A stretch of 53,011 bases of DNA, the filler included, from Sphacelaria rigidula (Eukaryota): NCBI GenBank assembly GCA_964200075.2. It is 3 parts of 3 records of this genome, joined end to end, with 100 filler letters (N's around TTAATTAATTAA, not from the genome) between each part and the next. Parts side by side here need not be neighbours in the genome. Positions count along the whole stretch, not along the records: positions 35,416 to 53,011 come from CAXNAA020001032.1; 2 more parts are not named here. One strand, given 5' to 3'. Each line of letters starts with the position of its first letter. Positions within the stretch are counted from its first letter, which is position 1. Positions 36,694-48,500 of this stretch are shown piece by piece. Under the pieces are notes generated by a model. That model did not search any database and was not told the origin of the DNA. It saw nothing but the letters and a program-made list of their open reading frames with translations. The translations under genes were made by a program, and so were the position numbers.

Positions 36694-39600
36694 CTAGCTG
36701 CGGCCTTCAGGCCGTATAAGGAATGCTGGTAAGGGTGGGAAAATGAGCGTGCACGAGAGACTGGTCAAAGCGCGCGGTGTACTCCGGGGTGGCTGTACAA
36801 TACACTGTTCCAGTCAAGCTGCCTTCCATGCTTCATTTATTCATGCTGTTGGCCCCGGATACACTTTCTGTTCTTTCCGCAAGCGCCAACCTTTAGAAGT
36901 AGAGTGAATGAAAAGAGGGGGCATGATTTTCACGTGGACAAGACGGCCATGACACCCTGGAAAAAGCCCGTGTTCGAAACTACGCCGGCTGCTGCACTGC
37001 CTCACCACACTGTATATGCGAAGTACTGAGCTTTGTCCCATGCATTTGATCCACCGGTGAGGCGTGAGGTGCACACCTGGAGTGACCTTGCGAGCCGTCG
37101 GGGTTTTCTCCCCCCATGTGGATTCCATTATTGTTTACGATGCCGACAGCTTCTCGATCGGCCCCTGACAACTCCAGGAACCTCTTCACCCGTGCCAGCG
37201 TCATTCCTCCATACTCTGGCATGACTCGGGGGGTCGATACCTGCTGCAGGAATAACCTCACGTCGGTTGGCATCGTAGCGAGCAGTATCGTCCCCACGAG
37301 ATGGTATGCAGTAAGTTTCTTGAGGGACTTTTTGGATATCCTTGGGGTGTTAAACTGCTATGCTCATTACGAAGCGCTTCACCATTTGCGATCAGCAGGC
37401 GACTATCGCAGCATCTTCTACTTGGAGATATCCAATGTCTTCCACGGGATTGCGGGGTCAGATGGGGACAGCGCTCGGTATACCTAGTTAGTGCCTCTTC
37501 TAGTAATTTGATCGCTTGGTGATGTACTCGATCACCCGGTGCACAATGCGGCGCGGCATGTAGGACTGACACAAGGCACAGCGAGTACTTCACCTTCCGT
37601 GTCACTCTGCTTTACAGCATTTCCCCACGACTTGTCTACTACGCAGGAGACCAGAGATAGATGAGACCTGATCGTACACATGTGCCGACTAAACAGATCT
37701 GACCGGGTGTCGTCAACGAACGTCTGGATCCTTGACACAAAGGTGATCAAGAACAGGTTACGTATCATAACAACGTTCGTGCCTGCAAGCCTATTTCAAT
37801 CATCGCTTTCAGCTACGCTATCGACAGGGACCATTGACAGCTCTACAGAAGTTGTGAACATCTTCAACGCATCTCTGTTCATATTTCATGTCTTCATCCG
37901 AAACTAGCACGTGCCCGGGGTACAAGTATCAGTGCGGCTCACATGTACTACGGTACAGAGACGGCAGCGGCACCGGAAATATCTCCAATGCCCAAGATGC
38001 TGCAAAACAGATGCCTCTCGTGACGGTTATGCCGTCAAAAAGACCATAACAGCCCGCAAGACCCACCAAGATGCTGTTATTGGGGCTGGAGAATATTTTT
38101 GATATCTGTCTCTGTCCGTCTCGTCATGCGGGTTGCGGATCTGCGGATCCTGCGCCTGCGTGTCAGGGTTCGACGGGTCGGCTTTCTCGTATCTATTCAA
38201 GTCTACCCCGAAAATACTGTAACTTCGAAAAGTACAAGAAAGCTCAGCTCACAACAAAAGGCAAGGCCTGAGGTGATGCAAGAGAGCGGCGGCTGCTCTA
38301 TTCAGCCACAACGGTCATCATCGGAGCACGTAGCGCATAGTGCAGTGGCCAACACTGGAGTGTAGGTCGTGGTTGAGACCGAGGTGAGAAATCATCCGTT
38401 CATATCCCTACCGTCTCATCCTCATTCAGTGGCACTTTTCGCATCGTGGCCAATAAGAAAGATACAGATACCGCCTCCGTATAAAGCATGTTTTCGCTCC
38501 GATTTTAAAATCAGTATATGTTAGCCGAAATACTGGAACCGAGATGTTTTATCGCTTCATAAAAATTAGGATGTTTCTAGCATCAGCTCTAAAATCAAGA
38601 TATTTGTCCGTCAGAGTCTAAAATTGAGATATTTGATGCTAACCTGTCGACTACAGCAGCTGTGCCGTGGGCCAACGCACGAGTTACACCGGAGAGGCAT
38701 CCTGTCCCGTAGAGCTCTCAACCCGCGCTCTTTTTTAGCAGCCTGGGAGTTTGTGGGTACATCATTGGAGTGAGGATAGCGTACGGGAATCAGTGGAGTA
38801 TCATCAGGAAAGCAGCTCAAGGTGCGTTTTGTAGGGATGTTGGAATATGAGAAGTTGAAAGCTTTTAATATCAGCAGTCAACAAAATTGGGCGAGCTGTC
38901 TGTTGCGTATCACTCGGTCTTAGTGGTGGATCCTCCCTTCATTTATTTGTACAACTGGTACGATCGTGTACATGTTTGGGAATGACCTGGCTGTGTTTAC
39001 AACGGTGCTACAGCCCTTGCTCAGGGGTTGGTTGTGTGCTTCCTGTATCGTGCCGGCTTGAATTGACGCAACCCCCAAACCACCACGCACGTACCTCCAG
39101 CACTTGAGCGGGATCGGCCACTCGAAATTGTTTCTCGGTCGGGCTTTTTTGTTGTTGTTTTTCGCCCGTAGCTTGGCGATTGTTTCGGTCTTCGCGTCGT
39201 CTGCAGTAGTCATGTCCTTGCATGGCGTTAGCAACAGCTTGGCCCAAACAAAAACAACCCGCCAATACTGTGGTACCCACTGATCGTCACAAAACCCACG
39301 CCAACACGCATCAAACCCCTGCAAGATATCCCCCACAGTCATTTTTCTGTAATCATGGTGAGGACACAAAGGTTTGAGGGTGAGGGCGAAGGGATCGCTG
39401 TCGGTGGCACTTTCAGCCCAACACGGCAGACACCTGAGCATGCCCTTTTTTCACCGCTGGGAAAGCAGCAAGGTTGGTCCTAAAATGGCATGCTCCGCAA
39501 GTTAACATCCCAACTTTCAAAACGAAAGGTGATGGCATGCTGTGGGTTGTCCTCATTTTCAAGAGTCGGCGCAGCAAGGCGATACAGTGCATGCAAGCCA

Positions 39601-42600
39601 AAACACACCCATGCACGAGCAGGCACATCATATTGTTGCACGCATGTAGCATCAGAGACGGATATCTCCGTACCTAGGTAGAAAATTACCAATGCTTTTC
39701 AGTCTTTTCATCCCTCTGCGAAATATATTAAAACAACATACACTGCACTACAGCCCACTTGCACTATAGCCCACCACAATCAGTATACAACAACAGTAAG
39801 TTGAGCGATACGAAATTTGCGCAGGGAAAAAGAGTCAGCCGGTGCCGGTTTAGCTAGCTGGCTGACAAGAAAGGACGTAATCAGACCAAGACGGGCGGCG
39901 GTTGACGTTCTTCCGTTCTGCAGGTTGGCTGTAGCGACGGCCTACAGCAGACGGCGGGGGTGCGCGATATTATGCGCAGTTGAAGTTAGACCGTCACAGG
40001 AGTTAGCGCGTTGTACACAGCAGGCTCCTAGGACCCCTGTGCAAAAGACGACACCCCGTTTCCCCCTGCTAGTGAAATGGGACCCTCTCTGGTGCCCTTC
40101 GTACCCCTTGTCAATCGCAAAAAATCAGAAATTGACATTTCCGTCTTTTGTCTTTGCGGTGATGACTATTACAACCGAGTTGCCGTGACTATATGCGGTA
40201 ATTCGTGAATGAACTAAAGTACAACTGTTGTAGTGAAAATGTACACAAGATTGACCTGTTGTGCCCCGCTTTTTTTCGCTCAACAAAAATTGTTCACATA
40301 TGGATGAGTGAAGAAAGATTACGGACAAGGACCCCCATAAGAGAAGCAGCGAGGGCAGGCAGCGGGGGTAGCGAGAATGTTCGCGGTGGAGCTTGCGGGT
40401 AATGGCGTGGTGCGAGACCCTGGGTTTCCTCCGTATCCTGTGTTCGTCATCAGCGTCACGCAACCGGTTCAAAGGTGAGTTTCACTGCTTGTGTGCACAA
40501 CGCAACCTTGTTGGCTGCATGTCAAATTTTGAGCTCTATTTTTCATGTGCTTTCAAATTGAGCAACCGCGGACTGTCTATTGTACGCACCGAAATACCAC
40601 TACTGGCACTTGTACTGCTCTTGTACCGTGTACATTGTGAAATATTGACCTGGATTCTGGTTCAAAAAAGAGATGATATTCATATATTCTAGATTGTTTA
40701 TCAGAGAGTGGGGGCGGTTGCATGCACCTGTACTCTGATGGACACGGGGAGAAGCAAGAGTGTGACTTCATTGTTGTCTCTAAATACAGCATAGCGATAT
40801 GTGCAGTTACGTGTGGTGCATCATGTCGAAGCACCATCGCCTTTCACTGCCTTCTGTTACATTGATTTTTTCCGCACTGGTTTTCTCGGGGTGTGTTGGC
40901 TCCTTCGTCACGAGCTCGGATGAAGTGCAGCACCATACTTTGGAGATTTTTTTCGGGGAGAAATCGTTGATAAAAGTCGTTTTTCAAGTATCGTCATTTT
41001 TCAGGGCAGTTCGATGCTGGTCCTCTCTTTGACCTGTATTATATTTGTGTTGTGGTGGGTTGTTGAAAGTTGATGTTGCTCCATTGTTAAAGATGCCCCT
41101 GGACGAGTGTACTAGGACAAATAATTTTGGTCTTCCGGGTGCAGATGGAGACCGCGGTCGTATAGCCGTGACTTGCTTTTTACATCATCAGGGTGCATGT
41201 TACTGTCGCATCGGCGCAGCTTGTTCTGCTTCACAGCTGTTTGCGCCCTGACTCGGAATTTTGTGTAGACTTGCGGTGCCACCATATGTCTCGTTGCATA
41301 CCGACGTTGGTGGCTGAAACACGAGTGTAGGTGTTGCTCTGTGCCATTGATGAGAGTGGTCAGAGCAAGCTAATATATATGCGCTGTATACCCCAGTCGT
41401 TCCAACATGCGCGGACGAAAGCAAGAGCACGCAAAAAAAGAGAGCCAGAACAGCAATGTACAATACAGGATGAGGCACACGCGCCAGGTCAGATTAAAGT
41501 GAAAACAGCTACTCAGCCATAAAAAGGCGTCTATCTAGCTGCACACACGTGTGTTCATCAATCGCTTACGTGCTGCCGGCACTCTCACCCGCATCACATA
41601 ACATTATTGAATCATGTTTATTGCAGCAAGCAACTTTGCATGAGCACGTGTAGCCGTGGGGGGAGGGGGGGGGGGGCGGGGAACGGTCATGCTGTGTGCT
41701 GCAGTAAAATCGTTTCACAAATTGTCTTCGATTCTGTTCTGCATTTTGCCCGTCTCTCACGCTCATGCGACGATGGGACGGAGATTGAGGTTGTCGCAGA
41801 GTTGATCCTGTTTATGGATGGGGCACACATTCTCACCCTCACTTTATCCTGTGTCCATGCACACAAAACTTGCATCATTGCCAACTATTAATAGTAGATG
41901 TTGAGTCAGCTCGTGCCACACCGCTTCTAGTGATGAGACCAACTTCGGTTGAAACTTGCCTGTCCTGTTTCACGGAGTACCTACAGATATTTACCGCACT
42001 GACAACAGGCGATGAAGTTTGTCCTATTCTGTGGCTCATTTTTGTCACCGAAATGTCGCATTCGCGAATCATAATTGATCTACCGGCATATATGGGGGCT
42101 CTGCGCATTCAGACGCGTCAACATTGGTCAGCGTGCCAGGTCGGGTGCCCGTGTGATGCATAGGTTCTGCACAATTGGCCCTTGTTTTCTGTACACATGA
42201 TGACCCATCTGCGTAGTAATAGTTTCACGTTCGCGGTTCAATTTCGAAGTCCAGTATGAGTTATCGAACGTGGGAAGTTCAAACCCCGGACAGTACTGGG
42301 TGGACGTGCCTGATCAATGAATCACCCATGAGTTCTCCAAGTAAAATTTTCCCCGAGTTCCGGCCCTCGTGCATCGTCTTGGATCATGTCGGAGCCGTCC
42401 ACCGCAAAGACAGAACAGCTCCCATTCCCGTTTGAGTGCCGCGAAATGGTTGTTGTTACTGTCTAAGCTTCAACGGCGATTGACTTCACTCTACATCATA
42501 TATCATGTCGTCGAACAGTGGTTCCGTTAATCTCATTGGCCATCTTCTCTTCTGCACTTGAGGGCTGTGGAGCTAGGTTGTCATCCCATGACCTTATCGT

Positions 42601-43600
42601 AAGTCCCGCGACGCTGAGCTCAGCTGCAGGCCTCATGGTGCGCCCACCGTTGCATCTCTCCTCTCATATTTGGATCCTGTACTCTAAATTGATGTTTTAT
42701 GCCAACCTTTTTTCGATAGATGCAGGCGTCATGACGTGGACATGGACGAAGGAAGTGTTCCGAGAACACTGTCTGTAGGGATATGCCGTCCTTGAACTGT
42801 GGTGGTGAAAAATCGCGCAGTATGAATACCAGCGGTACGTGAAACCGCAAGAATGTGCGCATCATTCTTCCTCCTTTGTTCTGCATTCGATCCTGTGTGT
42901 AAGTTTTAGGACGGGTGTATTGGACGAGTGTACAACATTCGTCCATCTATCAAGACGCTCGCAGGTTGCGGTGTGCAGCCTCATGTGTGCAGTTGTCGTC
43001 CTTGGCAGTGATGGATTGACCGCGACAAACAATGGCTCCGATCCCATGAGTGTGGGTCTATACACGAAAAATGGAAATATTTGAGAAGGCACACGTAGCC
43101 TCTAGACAAACAATCACCAGTGCAACGCATAATGGTGGGACAGTGGTGGGTCCTAGCAAATAGGAGGTTAGTCAAAACGCCTGAGGTTGGCATCCACCAT
43201 GGGTTACTATGTAGAGTCGATGAGTTCCATGCCCTGAATGAGGAGAAAAACTTACTGATTATTACAGAGGCTCGATGGTTGGTATCGAAAGCGACATACG
43301 CCCCCTTCAGTCTACATGTAGCGCTCCACAGCCTACCCTGCCTCTCATGGTCCATCGCCGTTCTTTTTGTACTTTCGTGCGCTCAGGGTATAGGATGACC
43401 GACGTGTACCGAATAACACCCCTCCACAGCCTGCATGATTGACACCCCCAAACTTCAGCTCCGCGGAAAGCAGTACGCTGAAGTAAGAAAAAAATAGAAA
43501 TCGCGTCACCTGTATACTGTTGATGCTGGTCGCGCTTCAAATCGTTAAAATAACCAAGCCTAGCCACTTCGGAGCAGCGGACAAATTTTATTTTTTGATC
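36694..43600 (-). mobile_element. Fossil Helitron (Rep + PIF1 helicase remnants) with preserved 3' terminus; 5' end not located
   Basis: The 3' end on minus reads CGGCC-TGAA-GGCCG-CAG-CTAG|T (36714-36693), i.e. hairpin + CTAG + T target. Upstream, reading across frameshifts and in order: Rep motif II YTHRIE(M)QNKGGRM(H)AHIL (~42902-42848), Walker A-like FLVS...TGTG (~39872-39835), Walker B-like LLL...GEK.ML (~39472-39436), VGDILQ (~39337-39320), RMPL...LAHGTAAVV (~38705-38647). Confidence 0.62.
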
Positions 43601-44620
43601 CGAAAGCTTGACTTCAGAGCCGGTAAAAGTCGTCCACCAGACGGGCAGGAAGTAATAACGGTCCAATGATCGGCATGACAATAACGAAATCATGGTACCG
43701 GCTGAAGGTGCGCAAATAGTTGGGAAAGCAAGCAGGGTGCCCTCGAAAAAAGGGTGCCGTCGAGAAAGGAACGTTGTGTGTCGGATGAGGGCGGGGTAGT
43801 AGGAAAAACAGGAACAGCGCTCGTTCAGCACTTCCTGTCCGTGCTGTAGAAGCAATAGTAGTCGCACCCACAGCTGCTGTGTGAACGATGGTGCTGCTGT
43901 TGCTGCTGCTGCAAAGCAGCTAACGCACAGGTCCACCGTACCCCGTCAATGGCGCACCTTCGTGATCTGGCGTAGACAGCAGTTGAGGGAAGCCGATAAC
44001 TACCGGCGGTGTGGGTATAATGTGATACTTCAGTTTTGGAATTAAATACACGGAGTGGTGGTTGGACACTGATACGTACCGCGAAAGATACACCGCTCCA
44101 ACCCCAGATGATGCATGACTCTTCGTGAATATAGGAGTCGGCACTATGTGGCACTATTATTGTGCTATTACTGTGTACAAGCTGGACCAGCCGTAGAACG
44201 TACATTTCTCGGGCACACAGTTTCACGAATCAGCCCGATGTGAGTATATCGCTGTGAAAGCAGACCAACCTGGTGCTGCACGCCCTGCCGCTAACAAAGA
44301 CGGGGGAGAAGTGCTGCATAATGTATGACCTCAACGACTGAACCAGATTATGCTAACAAAAATGAGCATCTGTGGGGATCCGAAGTCGTGACCTCCATAC
44401 CTGCAGCCTCGTCGTATCACGGGGCTAACGGGGCGCAGCGGTGTAACACAAGGTGGAATACCCCCCGCCCAATTTCAGGAGTTTTGAGCCGAAATTTTAC
44501 GAGTATCTTGTGCACGCACGTTGAAAATTCGTGCTCCAAGCAGCAATACTTGTTCCTTGTGTTTTTTTCGTGGAGTTATGGCATTGCGTCTTGTCTTTTT
44601 TGCTTAAATTTCGAACCGCT

Positions 44621-44748
44621 TTAACCCTTTTGGAACCCTCTGACGATTTTTGTTTTCGTGAATCGGCATCATTTTTTACTCGAAAATGACTGAAAATGAT
44701 CACAATTCACAACAAATAACAATCGTCAATGGCTTCCAAAAAGGTTGA
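44621..44748. mobile_element. piggyBac-type MITE (~120 bp)
   Basis: TTAA-CCCTTTTGGAACC...GGCTTCCAAAAAGG-TTGA. Confidence 0.65.
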
Positions 44749-45572
44749 ACATATTCTGATGGGTTTGTTTTTCCTTGTTATTTCGAACTTTTTCTGTGGA
44801 TTGATGACAGAAATCTCCCATCAAAATTTCAGCGCGCAACTCCTACTCCGGAGTAATATTTAAAGCGATGTCGCCTCCTAACCCGCGAATAGAAAGTGTT
44901 GTCTGACCCAGCTCGTACGTGAAAAAACCCTTGTAAACTCGTCGTTTCGGCGCTGCAAGAAACGATTATCTAATTAATAAATCTCACAAATTACTTTCTG
45001 GAACATGAACGTTGGGGGGCACTACTAACGTCCTGACACCGGTGGGGGTTGCCCTGTAGGAAACAGCAGCAGGCGACGGTGCTCGCCGAGTGCGGCGGGC
45101 GTGTTGTCCTGTACTCTGACCAGATCGGTAAAGGCGAAAACATCACCAACACGGATCCACTACCGGCAAGTGTTCCTAGCCTGCGCGTCCGTCATCGTGT
45201 GGGCGTCGGTGCCTCTTGGTACCACCACCCGTAGCTATTGCTATTTCGTCATGCACACTCAAGAAGCGCCTATATGGCAATGATATCACAGGGAATATTA
45301 CACACTGATGCGACTTATCCACACTCGTCATGTTCGATTCAAAATTGTGGCAGTGGGGTATTGCATTTATCGGGGGCTGGGAGGAGGGTTCCCCCACGTT
45401 CATCGAAGGAGGCGTTATTGATTTCTAATGCTTTGAGTTGTCCACCCATGCGGTTCCGACGAATTAAGCAGTACATGAACTCTTGCCGACAGTCCTTGTG
45501 ACATGCTCTGTTAACCCCGTTTCTTTGCTTTGCTGTGTTCACACCTTCACATGGTGTTACTCGTGTTCGCAG

Positions 45573-48500
45573 CTGGACGGTATACAGACGATATTCTAGT
45601 TTCCGCAGCCTCGGTGAACACCTGGGCAGCACAGTAGGGGGGGCAGGGGGGCTGCCGGAATGCCCACACATGACGCACGATATGCTGATGGGATCAGATG
45701 ACCAGGTAACCACGAGCTTGTAGGGGCTTTATGGACCTTTTGTTCGCGAACGGCTCATCTGTGTGTTGTTACGCTTCCTCCTGATGATTGTTTACGTGAA
45801 TCTGTATGTTACTCGCGCACGTCCCTCGCGCCCTTGCCTTTTTTCTCGCTTGGTTACCGACGTCACTGTCGTGCTCACGCACGTCTCCGTTTTTTTCACG
45901 CTACTTTTTGCCCTCGTTTCTCCGACGCATTTCCCGTGTGCTCGCGTACGTCACTCGCTCTGCTCGCGAACGTCTCCGTGTTTTTCGTGACGCTGCCGCA
46001 GCTGGACCGTGCTAGGGTGCTGTTGCAACAGTGGCTTCACCAAACGCTGTTATTCCCGGGAGTCAAGGAAAGCCAGGTGCGATACCCTAGTTTCCGTCAT
46101 GCTCTCCTCCGACCGCACGTGTTGACGAAAGCTTACACATACATGTGCATGATGACATAATATTATTGTATACTGTGATTTGGTCATTCTTCCTCTCGAG
46201 TTTCATCCTGGCGAGTGTTTTGATTTTTCGGGTACATGAAGTGTATGACCACTGCTGGATTCTGCGCGAATGTTCAAAAAATGAAATCCGAAATCAGCGA
46301 TCAATCAATGGGTCAAATCCAGCCAAAGGTCGTACCTGTACAGCTCAACGCCTCGCTCGCGTAAGATCACAAGCTGAACGTGTCCCTATCGTGAACGATC
46401 AACTCGTCGAAATATATTGCACCGTGAACGACGGTGAGTGAAGAGAGGACCCACCCACCACACCCACCACACCCTGCGATCTTTCCGTGGGTGCAGGCCT
46501 TGCGCAATTTCTTGTGCGCGAGTGCGAATTCCCCCCCTCCTCGCTTGGAGATTCGATGGGCAAGCGCTCACTGTCCCAGCCTCGACGAGATGCAGATGGA
46601 CGAGCTCTTCGACAGACACTTGGACGACCGCGAGGTGTGTATCTTGTGCTCTATCGCGTGTAACCCCAAGATACCGAACTGTTCTTATGCTCACGGGGTG
46701 AAGCGAAAGAAGAGAGAAAAGCCCATGCTAAACTTGGAAGGTAAATCATGGATCGAAAGAGGTGAAGCAAAGGTAAATCAAGACAGCAGAGTGCCAGAGG
46801 TGCACAGAGTGCCGGAGGCAGTGAGCACCCTTGTTTGTGGGCTGAAATTGGCATCCCAGGCACCGGTTTGAGCCAACACCAGTGCATCACACCGTGCGCG
46901 CAAGCTTGGTGAGCGCTCAGGGTGGTGAACCGTGAGATCCGAGTGTGGTTGTCTCCACCAAAACCACGGAAATATTCGTCTTCAAATACTTAACCGTCGG
47001 TTGTTTTGGCCGAACTGGAGTTGGCTGCAGTCTTGAAACGTGAACGGACATGTGTAAAGGTGATCCCTGTTTGAGGTCATGATAATTGTTGACGCGGTGA
47101 ACTCGATTGGTGGTGATGAGCGTTGATTCCGTTTGCTCCTGTTGGTGACCGACGGGCAAGGCTTGTTGCCCTAGCTGTGACGGACGATGCTGATTTGTGT
47201 CTGTTAGATTGTCGTGACTCCAAGCTCTTCCTCCGAATGCGTTCCAGGCATTTTTTCTTCGTATTATTATTTCATGTTGATCTTAGTTCAGGGGCCATAT
47301 TTTCCTATTATTTCAGGCGTATGCGGGGGAAGACCACAGTGGTGGTGCAGCGTAAGATGAGTATTGTGATTTATCAACGATGCTGATTCATTGCATTTGG
47401 CGGGCGATGCTGACTGATCCGATCGATGGACAGCGTTGCTTCCCGGACTCTGTTATCTAGGGATCAATGCCAAGTTGTCTGGTCTACCTGATTTGTAGAT
47501 TGATTGCTTCGAATGATTCGATTGGTTGGTTGTCGCGCCTTGTCTGGAATTACCATGGGTCATGGTTGATCGATGATGTGCAGGATGTGGATGAAACCGA
47601 AGTGGACGGGGAGGAGGAAGGGGACGATGACTCGCGCGACATTGCAAACGGTCACCGGATGGCGCGAGCACCGGGAGAGGTGGCGCACGACGCGACAGGG
47701 CATCTGGGCGGGGGGGCGTACGAGCAGGTGGGCGCGTATTCTGGGTATAATATTTTCCCCAGGAAGTCTCATCTCTCCGCTGTGTTATTTGGTTACTGCA
47801 AAATCTGACGGTGTCTTCCTCGTCAGCTGTGATATTTCAGGAGTCCGCTCTATGGATTCTGCTCCTTTTTTTTTTTGTAGCAACGTTGTAATCCTTGAAC
47901 CCTTGACCATCAGGTAACTTATTCGTTGAATCTGCCCCATTTTCACTTGAAAAGTGACTCCAAGGATCGGAAGACCCACCCTGGCGGTCGAAGGGTTAAT
48001 CGCTCGACCGGGTAAGTTCTTGGGATCACAAGAGCGTTTCTGCATTTCGTCGTCCGCCAGGGTAGGTCACGGAGATCGTATACCCCCTTTTTTTTTTGAG
48101 TGGAAATGGTGTCGATTCAACGCATGCCCTACTCCTGACGATCGAGGGCTTTGAGGGTGTGTTGAATAAGGTAAATAAGTACACGGGTATTTCATCTCCC
48201 GAATTTCGGGTTGAAATCGTACAATGTCTAAAGTCTTACCCATTTTTTTTGGCAAAGTGAGGTACGACCGTAATGCTCCACCAAAGGTTTGAGTACTTGG
48301 AGTATGATTTGTCATATCATCCTAATGACGGAATTACCCCACCCAATACACCTTTAGAGGGGTTTCTGGTTATAGGTTCTGGCGCCAGGCCCCGTGGGTT
48401 GGACCGTTTGTGGACCACTGTACACTGGGGTTGTGATTATTTTTGCCACAACGCCTGCCTGGAGACATAGGAGAAATATCTACATCTGTATGGAAGAGGG

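Noticed and set aside
21500..44600. Endogenous giant-virus (phaeovirus) insertion
   Set aside because: There are no long intronless ORFs or recognisable capsid, polymerase or packaging ATPase motifs; the region is explained by decayed TEs and spliced genes.
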